DNA from: Botryllus schlosseri
Taxonomy: Eukaryota
NCBI GenBank assembly: GCA_051294905.1
Contig: CM119373.1
Location: forward strand, 2,170,001-2,234,000
Length of the DNA: 64,000 nucleotides
Reading direction: 5' to 3'
The translations under genes and the position numbers were made by a program. Positions 23,301 to 36,330 of this stretch are shown in pieces. The notes under the pieces are model-generated. The model ran no database searches, was not told where the DNA came from, and saw only the letters and a list, made by a program, of their open reading frames with translations. Numbering within the stretch: position 1 is the stretch's first letter; every line of letters starts with the position of its first letter.

Positions 23301-24845
23301 GATATCTCAAAAATCCTAGAAGTGGGCCGTGCTACAAGCCGGAAGAAATGGAATCACAGTAACGAATATCGTTCTGGTTCAAACGTAAATGGCGAATGTA
23401 GTCGAAATACTATGAATATCAACACAAGAATAAGTCGTAAGGATAGAACTATTGAAGTCGAAGTTGTGACGCTCTAATCTTAAAATTCAGTCAAAATGAC
23501 GTAGTATTCGAGTTGATGAATTGCCTTATGAAATGAAATGGTCGCAACGATGCGATCCTTATGTTACCGATATCATGACTGCGCAGAAATTATTTCAACA
23601 ACATTTGACGTAGCCCCTGAAAGGGTTTGACGTTGGTCGTTGCTATTTGAAAGGTTTCCGCAAGTCGTACCTACTGATTAGGTTGGATACGATCGTTAGG
23701 ATTGCTCCTGAAATTCACAAATCGGGGTACTTTGCAGGCACCTTATTTTGAATTTCCATGCCTAGACTATTACGACAAGAATTCTACTGTACAACTGCTA
23801 CACTAGACGAATGGCTACAGTCCACTTTCTCTGAAATAAGCAATGGTTATGGGACGATACAATAATACGGTGCTTTCATTTGCCCCGGGCCGCAGTAATG
23901 CGGCTGGCTATCATGCTTCATAAAAGACCTACCGTTACATAAATGCAGCTTGTACTGCAGTGATCTACCGTCAGTTGCCACGACAGGTGGATTACTCCTC
24001 TGGCACACAAACTATATGCAGGTAAAATTATGATGTTAAAATTCGTTTTACAGCAGGCCTACTTAGAGCAACAATTAACGATGATCAGAGCAACGTCAAG
24101 TTCGATCGTGTAGAATTCATGGAATGAAAAATACCTATATTAATTCACGACTTCGGTTAGTAAATGAATCATCCAGCCACCTAATCAGGAATTCATGTTA
24201 TCCGCAAGAGAGCACATTTCATCATCCCATTATGCACTCAATTATCACACGACCAATCACATAGACTCGAATGAAATAATTGTAATTGCAATCTGCCAAT
24301 GCACTCGTCATGTCAGAGCATCATTCTCAAAAGCAGACTGCATTGTATACTTTGTACGTTATGCGCCCGGCTAGTGCGATTACAGCGAGCATCACCATAG
24401 TCATGATGAATTGTTCGTGTCAATAATGATAAACTTGGTGCATCTGAACAATTATATAAAGCCAGCATTAAGGTCGGGCAAGACGTAACACTACACATCG
24501 CTATGATATATTTCTGAGAGAAGAAATGACCAGCACTGTCTGGCGGCTTGCGGGGGATCGGCATCTTTTATTACCTGCTTTATCGAAAAGGAAATATAAG
24601 ATTCTGAGCATTACTTGGATATGAATGAATTAGATATGGGTTAGGGGCATAAATTTTTTTGCGGAATTGTGGTAACAATTGATCATCGAATTGGTTGCTG
24701 ATATTTTGGGTACCTCATCCTTTCGCACAGCACTGTATACTATTTTGAAAAATTATATACAAATAAAAGAATGTTGAAACTTGAAACAGCGATCGTAATT
24801 ACGTCAAGTGCATATGTCATATTCAGTTTATCAAATGTTCTTGAT

Positions 24846-25412
24846 CAGAGGTGTCCAACCCGTTGCCCGCGAGAAGGTTTTAAGTGGCCTACGCTCTAAT
24901 TTTTGCAGTAAGTTACATTATCAAAATATGAATTACCCTCATAATTGATTGTGAACCTACAAGGTCAGGGAAAACTTTGAAAACATTGACCGCTAAATGT
25001 GGTATATGACTAAAAAAGCAATAGTTTCGTAGTAATACCGTATCCAGGAGCGAAGAAGGGCGCAATGCCCCCCAGATTTAAATGTTAATCAACATCACTT
25101 GGAGTATTTCACGGTCGATTGATTCAAATTGAATATATTTTTCGGGCTTCGCGCAATTTCGTGGTTCAATATACGCCTAATGTACAGAACTGAATCTAAC
25201 TTTAGTAGCTATTATGAGAGCGCGGCTGGGACATGAGAGCGCCCTGAATCTTCATGACATAATGTCTGCGATTTTCGTGCGTAGTAAGAAGTCTTGCGTT
25301 CGCCGCCACCTAATCTAGCTAATCTAACAGAGATCATCAGTGCTCAAGTGGTCCGCGCAGTGGTTTGGAAAACCACATGTGCCGTCCTGGCCGAAAAGTT
25401 TGGCCACCCGTG
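24846..25412. mobile_element. Old hAT (Charlie-like) MITE
   Basis: Degenerate TIRs CAGAGGTGTCCAA/CACGGGTGGCCAA; flanks TTCTTGAT/CTCTTGTC (5/8). Confidence 0.4.
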
Positions 25413-26403
25413 CTCTTGTCGTTGCAGTTTCGTTTTCCACATACTACTTGAAAAACTAAGTATGTGTATTGACGCCAATTATCACTTAGATGGTCACACT
25501 GACCACGCGTCAAGTTAATATTTCCGTAGGACTTTCGACTTTTCAAGAACCACGCCAAAGACTGATAAACTCTGTAAAAATATCAATATCAGGATAAATC
25601 CCGCAGCGTAGTATGATTTAATTCGCGTAAAACATCATGTCCATCGTGTTCCAATGGATAGAGATTATTCACTAAAAGAGGACATAAGATTTTTAAAAAA
25701 AGCCCAATTATCGCAACAGCATCCAAATGGTAACTTCAATACATCTGATGACTTGGTCGAACCACTCCAAGAATAGGATTTCAACCTAAAACGTACTTAG
25801 CCTATGCTTATCCTATCCAACTGCTAACAGCAACATATCAATCGTATATTCATACCATATCGTAAATTCATACCACATGCCCGCTACAAGGCCGAATACC
25901 GCGCAAATCAGGTTTCCATGAGCCGCAGTTCATTTTTATGTAACTTTCAAGGAAAGGAAATGAATCTCGGCTATTTGCAGCAAGTAGCGTTACGCGCCGC
26001 GAACAGCAATCAATTGAAAGTGCGCGGTGTAATAATTTCAGTGCTTGCTCGCAAATTTCTGTAAATTACTCTGTATTTCGGATTCATTACCTCGTGTATT
26101 TCGACACCTGATGACTCTGGTTTGCCGACATTTTGAACTTTCGTTTTGATTTACAGGGTCTTCCTTGCGATGCTGGTATTTTAAGGATTAATGATCGCAT
26201 TGTGCGCGGTGTCTTAAATTGGCTTTGCCCGTGCGTTTCGAAGTATATTACGCCATTACGTGTTACGTGACACTAAGTGAATTTGAGTGATTTGAATATT
26301 GAATTTTAAACACTTTCTGTTTTGTTGGGCGTACTCTACGTATATCGTGCATCGCAACTATCAAAATTTATGGAAGTGCGAGTCGAACATCAAAATACAT
26401 ATA

Positions 26404-27409
26404 CAGTCGACTCCTCTTAATACGGACACTGGTTAACCAGGACAACCGCTTTATTCGGCCAAAATGCTCGGGAATGGAACAAAAGATCGGTTAGTCCGGA
26501 CACGGGCTCGAAATTACTGTCGTTAGTTCATGGAACAATCGACAGTTATTTTTTTCGTTTTAACACAAGATGAGTGTTTATAGTGAACCAATGACGATCC
26601 AGGCAGTAGCAATCGACAATGAACTCATACAAGGCCGTGGAAGCTTCATATTCGCTCGCAATTGCGTGCACCTTGTAGCACATATCTACGGAAAAGTTTA
26701 ACAGAAAAAGTGAAATTGCTCACTTAAATAATCGCAGAAAAAAGTAAAGACGCTTCCTTTACAGTTCGCCAGCTAGTTGCGGTGATGGGGATATAAAAAG
26801 GGACTATTTGAAGACCATATGCGTGCTGTGTTACACAGTAATACAGTATGCAGTCTTTTTTGATACATTTTAATAATAAATACATATTTATTCCCAAAGC
26901 CTTTCGGCTGACGCTCATAAGGGGTTACCGCTTACCGTCAGCAATAATGCGAGCAATAAAATAAACTAAGTTTATCAGCAATCGGCATCGCTTATTATGA
27001 GGTCACACCGAGGAAAGTACAAAATTCAAATGCGGGAGATCCATAGCGCATAGGCACGGAGATAACAAAATAAAACAAGGCAATGTGAGATTTTTAAATG
27101 ACACACAAATTCATTCTATTGGCATTGACAAGATATTTTTTTAACGGTTTGGTATCGAATACACTGTACAATGCAACTAACCGGAGAGTATAACTAATGT
27201 TCGTTCTATGCGATCTGCGCCAATTATTGCAATATCGCGCAGCTGTAACTAATTTATTGCACAGTATTACCTTATTTGAACTGCGTTGTGTGTCTTTGCG
27301 CACGACCATGTAGCAAACAATTCCGCTTAACTCGGACAAAGCATTTTATCCGCTTAATTCAGCCAAATGTGAGCGGAATCACACTGTTCGAAATAAGCGG
27401 AGCCGACTG
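26404..27409. mobile_element. Tc1/mariner (pogo/Tigger-like) non-autonomous element
   Basis: TA-CAGTCGACTCC...GGAGCCGACTG-TA; interior homologous to 44114-44824. Confidence 0.8.
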
Positions 27410-27815
27410 TATTTAAATGAATATTTGGAAATACAAGCATGCTATATAATACCGACACATGGATCTTTTGAACATTTTGAAACTAAACATTTGGAAAAGC
27501 GTGTCTAATGTCAGTTAGCTTGAGCTAACTTCTCTGGTATAACATTTGAGAGAGGAGTTACGCGGTATACATATCGATTATAGGCAAACTTAATAATCAT
27601 AAATAGCCGAAAAAAATTTCAGCACTTATTAGAAACAAGTTGAGGAAAATACTATATGATTTAAACAAGAATCAACACCAATATGATTTCTGACATGGAT
27701 AGCAAGACTCATAGAAACTCTATTGAAAGCATATCGGTTCGACACCTTAAGACACATGAAGCTATACTTATATACACTATTGGCGATAGACTATCGCGTT
27801 AGTGATATATATGAA

Positions 27816-27996
27816 CAATGTTCCCTCTAAGCTGCGCACGTGCGCAAATGCGCAAATGCGCAGTGCTGAGACGGTCTCAGCGCACAAAAAATCCGAAATG
27901 ATGAACTTTTTCGAGTCGTTACGCACTGTTGTCCAAGGGTCTGCGCAGTGAGTGGGTGAGTGTGCGCAGACTCGTCAAAAATTAGAGAGAACAATG
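27816..27996. mobile_element. Short hAT MITE (181 bp)
   Basis: TIR CAATGTTCCCTCTAA/CATTGTTCTCTCTAA; TSD TATATGAA/CATATGAA (7/8); TGCGCA subterminal repeats. Confidence 0.8.
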
Positions 27997-28846
27997 CATA
28001 TGAAACGAATCAGTCGTCGAATGATTAAAAGCTTTCCCAGTAATATTGTATTCAAAGCATTTTCATAATTGACGAAAAGAAGAATGTATACTTGATGTAA
28101 TTCGTAATGATCTACGGACGTGCAGGTAAAAGAAGATATAGGTGTATGCTATTCATCATGAGCCATCTTTGTCAAGAATATTGCTTGGATGGGGATAAGG
28201 ATGATGCGAAACCCTAAAAGGTTCGGTTTCGTAAAAACACGAACTTTTTTGAAGGGTTATTTATTAATGCGAATGTGAATACGATTACATGACGTCATGC
28301 AATATTATATGGCCAATTCAAACAGATTCCTTGGAGTCAGACACTGTTATTAATATTTGTCTAAGCTTGATAATATCTTGAATGAGCATGCTGATATATT
28401 CCAATAGTCTGGGAAGGTTTTCGGCCCGTAAGAGGCTCATATTCGCAGCCAATATTGTTGAACTGCTCTTCACAGCCGAGAAACGATTTTGCATGACCGG
28501 ATCTCATTAGAATTTGCGGTTGAATGGGAAACGACCCGATTTATCATTTACCACCACAATAGCGAGGTCTTTCAAGCAAAGGATCGGGAATTAGTATAAT
28601 TTTAGTAATGCAAGGTTTGTGTCAGTTTTCTGTTGAATTAACTTCGTTCTGCCATTGTAAGAGAAAGTAGCAAAATTCTGGGATTTTGATTAGAAAGTTA
28701 GTAGGGCTGGGATCAATGATTCGAATCGAAATTGAGTTTTCTAGCGAAGCCGAGACGAGTAGAGAAAAGGTGATTTCCTTTGAGTACCTGAATGATACGC
28801 ATTTCGCCATACGAGTTATTTTATCGACGGCTATTTTGTTTGATAC

Positions 28847-29800
28847 CAGTGTTGGGTTGACTCGAGTCATGACTTGACTCAAGTCAGACTCGAGTCAACT
28901 TTTTCGCATCACTTGACTTGACTCGAGTCACTTTGCAAACATGACTTGACTTGATTCGACTCGGCGATTCAGAAATGTGGATTGAGTCGTGACTCGGAGC
29001 AAACTTTACGAGTAAATTTGAAGTCATCTAGTAAACGGTGTCGATTGAATCGCTGCATCTATTTGATGTTCGGATTGTTCGCGATTCGCCGTGTGACTTG
29101 TGAGAGCAATCAGTCATTCACTGATTGTACTTTTCACTGATCCTCTATTGTTACATCACAAATAAATTGAACGAAAACAAATGATCACAGCTTACGTTTA
29201 TGTACTTGCTGTTGAATAATCTAATAGTAACGTATCTCTGTTTGTTAGACGGCTCCGTGCTTACATCGCGAAGTGCCCACCTTAGCCAACCCTCTTGTAT
29301 GATTTGAATCGAATGAATATAGTTTATACGCTTATTATCTCACGGATGTGTGGATGGGTAGTGTATTGTACCATATCAATTTATTTCAACTTCTCGGCGT
29401 TTCGTATTCGATCCTCTATTATGGCTCACGTATTTTATTAGCAGCTCTAAGCGTGCGTGAGCGATACAACGCCTTTTTGCACGTGTATTTAACTTAGTAC
29501 TTGTTATTTGATTCAAAATATATCACCAATCAATCTGTCATTCACACACACAACTACCAAAATGTAATGACTTTGAATCATCCCTCATACTTCGAAAATT
29601 CAATTTGACTTGAATTGTGACTTGACTCGGGACTTGACTTGACTTGACTCGACTTGACTCGAGTCACCTCCAAAAAACGGGTGACTTGACTTGACTCGAG
29701 TCACTTTCGAAAATCGATTGACTTGACTTGACTCGAGTCAAAATGTGCAATGACTTGAGTTGACTCGTGACTCGAAGGTAGTAACTTGATCCCAACACTG
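28847..29800. mobile_element. hAT MITE, GACTTGACTCGAGTC-array family B
   Basis: 10-bp TIR CAGTGTTGGG; perfect TSD TTTGATAC; dense subterminal GACTCGAGTC arrays. A partial relative lies at about 38575-38885. Confidence 0.9.
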
Positions 29801-29836
29801 TTTGATACTCTTTTCTTTTGATGTGAGCCTATAAAT

Positions 29837-30386
29837 TATGGTTGCATTTAAAACAAATGGTTGTTTAAAATTCTCATGATTTAAACAGTGTTATAAACAA
29901 AGGCCTTTTTAAAAAAATAAAAAAAACTTGTGATTATTCAAGTTGTATGATTTTGCCATAAGAGTGTAAATACTTTCCAAAAAACATGTCGTATGAGCCT
30001 GCGGACGATTACCACCCGATACAGCCAACGTGTACGATATGAGATGGTTGGCAACCTCGAAATAGTCGGTTCAAAAGCTATAGTAAGCAGATATAGATCA
30101 TTGGTACGAAATGAATGTTCTGGTGATGATGACCTCTACCGTTTAAATACTGAATAACGATGTAGTCCCGGTTCAAAAATATTTTTGGTCCGCATATAAC
30201 AGGGGTTGGAAGCCTATCTCGTCAATATTTGCCTTATATTTTCAACTGTCAACTACAATGCCCTATGCCGTCATAATTGAATATTCGACGCGCCATGACT
30301 TGAAAAAAATAGAAACCACGTTTCAAACAAGGGCTTCTTTTAAACATGCTTGTTTTAAATTGATTTTTGTTTTAAATGCAACCCTA
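29837..30386. mobile_element. hAT MITE, TAGGGTTGCATTT family D
   Basis: TIR TA(T/G)GGTTGCATTTAAAACAA; interior homologous to 47136-47447. Confidence 0.75.
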
Positions 30387-33300
30387 CGTGTTATCAACCC
30401 CAGCACCTAGTTGGTGTAACACAAGGCTTGGCACGCTGGCGCAAGCGGCGTCTGTATGAAATAATAGTGATTGACTCGCAAAAATGTCGTTAAGGCGAAA
30501 ATATCAAAATATCTTTAATTTAGTTTACTGCACCTATACTCGATACTCGAATACTCGATTCGCCTAGAAAACTAAGGTTCGATTCGAAATCGAATCACTC
30601 AGGTATACGATTTTTCCCGACCCCTAGGTAATGTTTGTGAAAAATTATAATCTTCTTCCCAAAAGTTCACTGCGCAGAAGCCAGACTTGAGTATATCTCT
30701 TGCAAACGCGAACCTTTGAATCATCAGCACTAACACTAACTTGAATATAGATCGTCTGCACCAGTCTCAATCTGGAGGAACTCATTCCGAAAAATCCCGC
30801 TAGCGGTATTCTCGATGTACATGTAATATGAAATAATGTACGCATGTAAGTGCTGGTCGCACATGCGCGTATATATCTCAAACCAAATATTGTCCTCCGA
30901 TTGAATACCGAAATATCAAAAATTGCAGTTTGAAAACGCTCTATTTCAGCATAACAGCGCCATCAAGAATAAAGTTTCTGTTTCTTTGCTATGTATTTTG
31001 AACCTCAGCATTGCGGGTAGCTGATAGTTTTGAACTCGCTCAACTTCCATTGGTAAAGGCCATTTCAAAGAACAAGCTGTCGGAAGATATAGAATCAAAT
31101 CACGAAACTCGCTTTCTCGAAGCTAAATTAACGTGCGTGTCATTTCAGTAAGCGCGGTGACCGTAAAACCATTTACGCACCCATTCGAGTGACTAGCCGC
31201 TTGAACCTGATGAGCGATTATGTATAGCTTCTATGATAGTTCAAGATAAAAACATTTACCCACCAGCTATTAAGATCGATGTAGAGTCTACATTGTAGAC
31301 TTAAGTAACCATATCAAACCTTAGCTTATAAACTGCCTAATTTCAAAAAGGAACATATCACGAGAAGCCACAAAATGTATCCGGAGCCCTTCTCACACTA
31401 TTTGTGATTCAATCACATTAATCTGTGTAAGTTCGACTTGAAAATATTTGCCAATTTACGCATTGACACTAATTTATCTTAAGACACAAGCTAAAGCATG
31501 TACTCTACTCTTAAACGTGGACGATTGGCATGAATAATACTCCGGACCTCTATTACATATCTGGCTTTAGCAATAAATTTCCACGGCTAATGAAGTATTG
31601 ATACCGTGCTATTACATAATACGGAACGTACGCACTCGATGTATTCTTTCGCAGCTAAACAAGTTTGATGCATGCACTCATAATTACCAAACGATGTATA
31701 AGGGGCAATAGCTTCTTTTGAAATAGCCATTAATTTCAATAACGGATGTTTTCGCTAGCCCATTTACGCCGTAATTAAGCCAGTAGGTTACTAAACAATA
31801 CTAATGTTGTACGGTGCGGCATGACAGGGTATCGGAAATATCACCTAAGAAATTACGCAAGAAACGCTTCTTGCCATTGTGTCTTCGATTCATTGTGTTG
31901 GGCTTAGTCGTAACTTACGAGATTTTTTGTAATAGCACGAACTGCCGTACCTTGAATTTTCGCGCCGAACTTTTCGCTATACGATATCAACAGTTATTGT
32001 CCCGGGAGTATTATTCGACGACTTATAGCGGACATGTGAATAACCGGTCATGAAATTCAGAACACGTGCGTAACTTACCGGGAGCGGGACAACTTGCTGT
32101 GATCTGGGCGCTTCGCAGAATAATTCCAGCTATTCACCAATAAACCATTGTACGAGTCTATCGACTAAATTAACACCGAGCTGAAAGCAAGAAAGAAGGT
32201 ATCAAAGGTGACACGGATAGCCGTCCCAGGCAGAATCCCGAATTAAACTCATTAATAAGTCGCAGTTCGTTTGCGACACCCCAAAGCAATCAATCCTGCG
32301 CCTAACTCGCGAGCGTAACAATGACACTCGCGCGATACCTTTACGACATTGTAAAGAAGGGAAGGCGAATCCCACCGCGAGATATTGGGTTGCTTACAGA
32401 GAATGGTAATTGTAGTAATTAGGCGCTGAGCTCCTTAGACTCGAAACGAAGAGAAGAAATGAGGACGAAATTGGCTCTCTAACATCGCTTGTAAACTTCA
32501 ATCCACAAATAGAGTATTTTGGCGTATTATAACCTGCTACATCCTCGTATTTATCAGAACCTTCGTCGGTTGACACGACAATATTATTCGAGGCCAGTGC
32601 AGAACTTTGGCATGTCAATATACACGGAAACCACTTCCGTTCCTGTTTTAAATGCCGTTGGGGTGAGAATCAAGTCAACAGTACTTTCTGGCAGAAATTA
32701 CAGCTTTCACACCCATACCAGTTGATATAAACGAGGAATTACACTGGTATATATGATGACACATGCCAGGAGTGATGCTCATGGGTGCGGTTTACCTATG
32801 CCAATCTAAAGGATGGTGATACACACTTTCTGCACTAAAACCTTATATAGATATTATAATAGACTTGGACGTGTTTCAAGGTGTTTGGATTGCCCACATT
32901 CGTTGATATGTGTACTTACATATCATCCTCTCAGACCTCCATCGTTCCAATACTAAAATCACCAACCAAAGGATATACATTTGATTGGATGTAATGAGGA
33001 AGATGAGATGCAGTTAGACTTGGTAGTTAATCTCTGATAACGTACTGAGTTAATCACACCTAGAACCAGCGCAACACTAAGATGCATCTGTCATATCTGA
33101 GGTATTACACTGTAACTTGAACTGTAATGCTGCTGTCTATTGCGGTTTAAAGCGTCTATACTCCAGGATAAATGACATGCACACTTTCGAATGGTAATTT
33201 GTAGCAATAATTCACAATAGTTGAACGTATAATCGCATCCGTTTGAGAACAGATTAGGCTATATCCAATCCGCCGGGATGAATGGCTGCGGTACACCCGT

Positions 33301-34964
33301 AGGGTGTTAATCGCCGGTATGACAGACGTTACATCGCTGATGCTACATGGGAGGCTTATCCTCAAACGGAACTACCCAGTAGCGTCTTGTCCCGTTAATA
33401 TCCCGGATTATCGTGTTTTAAAATGCACCATCATTCAAAACATAAATCCGTTTCAAGTCGAGCAATCAACCCTCTGATATTGATAATCCGTTTCCGGACA
33501 TGGTGCACTGAAAAGGTGGTGTCGGAGTAACGCACCTAAAATCTGTATAATTCAAGTTCACCCTTCTCGTGTCTGTAATTTTTCGATTTCAAAGTTAGTT
33601 GTCTTCAAGTTATGCCAGTTTAGCTTTGACACTTGTGTGTTATATTCTCTTTTGGTCTTGTACGGCTCAGCACGGTGTTATACAGAGTTTATGGAATGGT
33701 ACATCAGGTGTAAGCACATTATATGTGACGTATAGTCGGATGATTGCTCCCTTCAAATACATTACAATATTCAAATAGGTGTGCAGTACACTGATCTTGG
33801 AACAACATCTACTCAATATCTCCCGAATCGACGCTACCAGCAATAACTCTAATATATCGGATATCGTTGGAAACTTTAGTGACCTGAAGCGCGCGGATTA
33901 GCCTTTCCCGCGGGCGAGGGCATTTGTTTATTGCCGCCGTTTCGCGTAACCCTGTGTACTTCGCGAAGCTTACTTGGAAAATTGAACGCTCCGAAGGGTG
34001 ATCCGCTGATTTATCGCTGTTTAGAAGGCTTGTTTTCGTTGAACTAATGCCGGCGCAGCGGATTCCGCAATCACGGACCCGACAAACGCATAGTTTAGAT
34101 AACATTTCGCAGCAAAGTACAAACGAGATGGGCATACGATTGCATGCGTAAACAAAAACCGTAACTGCCTATACGTTTATCTCTATTTCAATGGCTCAAT
34201 CACCTGTTCAATTGAAAAACATGTTTATACATTAATATAGTCAGAGTGATGTTAATAAAGAATGTTTTTGGAACTCTATAACATATCGTTAAGAAAACTA
34301 TTCCCGTATGAAAAAACCCTGTATATAATCGTAATCGAGATTGTCCTTGCTCGTAATTGCAAATCGCGGTGCCGCGTTTGGTGTCGTGAAGCGGCTTCAT
34401 AAATAGACCTATCATAATCACATACGCGTATACTCTGGATAGTAGGAAAACTACAGATCTGCGTATCGTATAGAAGTATTTCAGAGGGCATGTATAGCTC
34501 ACAGCATCCAGTAATTGGATAGTCGTGAAATGTTTTGCTTGATACAGGCGTCCGCGTTTCGAATGATAAACTTTATTTAAAGTCAGCACGTAAACCTACA
34601 CGTCAACGTGCAAACCTATTGGAAATGGTGAACTAGCCCGAGACTTTCCAACACCATTTCACGTTAAGGGATGTCGGAACGGCACTCAGAACATCAGTGC
34701 TGCATTTTGAGCCCCTCGCCATCAATTCTACATTTCAATGGTGAGAACGTGAGTGAGTTGATCACATTCACGCTATCGATGAAGTATTAACTGGTAAATA
34801 TATCGGTAGGAAATATACGTATGCAACGGATTTTAGCAATATCGTAGAGGGTAAATCGGGCTGTTGTCCTTTCAGGTAGGCTTCCTTTCGCACCCATTTC
34901 AAATCATCTCAAAGTCATCTAAATCAATCCTTATGTAGATATAGGCCAATCCCAGGGCGTAGTA

Positions 34965-35787
34965 CGGGGTTGTAATGATCACGATTTCCTGATGACTCGA
35001 CTTCACTCGAGTCATTTTCTCAAAATACGGAAATGACTCGAATCGACTCGAGTCAATCTGTGTATTGGCTCGACTTGGACTCGAGTCATTGCGCATGACT
35101 CAAACCAAGCCATATGACTCCAGAATCAGACGGCCAAGACCAACATTTCATTGCAATTCCGAAAAATAGTAACGTAACCCCTCTGTCGGGACTTCAGCTA
35201 TTGGTACTGGTACTTGACAATGCGACCAGAAACTGCTAAAAGTGAGGAGTATCAGTATATTATGAACAGAGTTATAAAACGAGCAGTAGGGCTGTTCAAA
35301 AATAACTTTTTTTTCCTGGATTCCAGCCATTTAGGGGTTAAATTGTCAGGGTAACCTACAAAACGCCGCACACCAAATTTGGTTCAATTCTTACAAGTAT
35401 AAGGCTCCGCAGATCCAATTAATAATTTTAATTTATTAGGGAAAATTAAAAAAAAAATTGCAATTTTTCTGTCAACTCCATGGAATTGTTGAGCTGTCTT
35501 CAAAGACGATGCAAAACAAATTAGAGTCAATTCTAATTAGTAGAAGCGGAGTTATTTGAGTTTTTTGTTGATATTTCTCGGATTATCCTTGATTGGTGGT
35601 GAGCAGTCAACACAATGACTTGGACTCGAGTCATGATACCATGACTCGGACTCGGCCCTCTTCTCGCTGACTTGGACTCGGACTTGACTCGGTGGTGAAT
35701 TGAAAATGACTCGACTTGACTCGAGTCAAAACAATGAAAGTGAGATTGACTTGTGAATCGGAGCCTTGTGACTTGGTTACAACCCTG
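34965..35787. mobile_element. Family A hAT MITE containing a truncated foldback MITE (about 35289-35580)
   Basis: TIR C(G/A)GGGTTGTAA; TSD GCGTAGTA/GCGTAGTG (7/8); the insert begins TA-GGGCTGTTCAAAAATAAC, like the 15728 element. Confidence 0.85.
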
Positions 35788-36089
35788 GCGTAGTGGGTTC
35801 TATTCGTGAGTGCCGCTTTGCCGTCCCGTCTTGGGGTGGCAAATGGCAACACAGACCATTCAAACTGGTATGTATCTTCATACGAATTTCTGAATTTGCA
35901 AGTTTTCTCCAATTGGAATGGACGTGAATACGTTATTATGTAGCGTAAAGTGCCGAATATCTAATTTGAGCCATATGCTATGTTGGAAAGCGGAAAAATA
36001 CTCACTTATGTTCAGAGTTGAATCTACTTGGAATTAGTACCGAATTGTTTCTTCAAAGTGAATACGCTGCTTCGCTCTTATAACGTTAT

Positions 36090-36330
36090 CAGGGCTGGGC
36101 ATAATGAAGTAACTGAGTAATCGAGTATTATAGACTTCGAGTCGAGTCGTTCCATTATGGAAGATGTGGAAAGTTCGAATATAAACCTGTTGCGCTATAA
36201 CAAAGAATATGAGGCCAGTCCTATATCACAGCAAAGATAAGTTGATATTATTTCGACCATGCCTATTTCATTATACTTTGCGGCGATAATGTGGGTCGAT
36301 CGCGACTTCACAGATATATTTCATCTTCAT
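36090..36330. mobile_element. Partial family C MITE
   Basis: CAGGGCTGGGCATAAT terminus and interior similar to 42258-42520. Confidence 0.5.

Larger units (their letters stand above)
28702..30626. mobile_element. Family C hAT MITE (reverse orientation) split by two nested MITEs
   Basis: Ends match the reverse complement of the 42258-42767 termini; interior interrupted by 28847-29800 and 29837-30386; no TSD recovered. Confidence 0.55.

Noticed and set aside
28847-29800. GACTCGAGTC/GACTTGACTC arrays as a CRISPR-like array
   Set aside because: There are no constant-length repeats with unique spacers and no cas genes. The arrays are bounded by TIRs and an 8-bp TSD in a eukaryotic context.
32394-34589. 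Several 70-130 aa ORFs (32394, 33809, 34200)
   Set aside because: No recognisable domain, no consistent splice signals and mostly non-ATG starts. They are of the size expected by chance.
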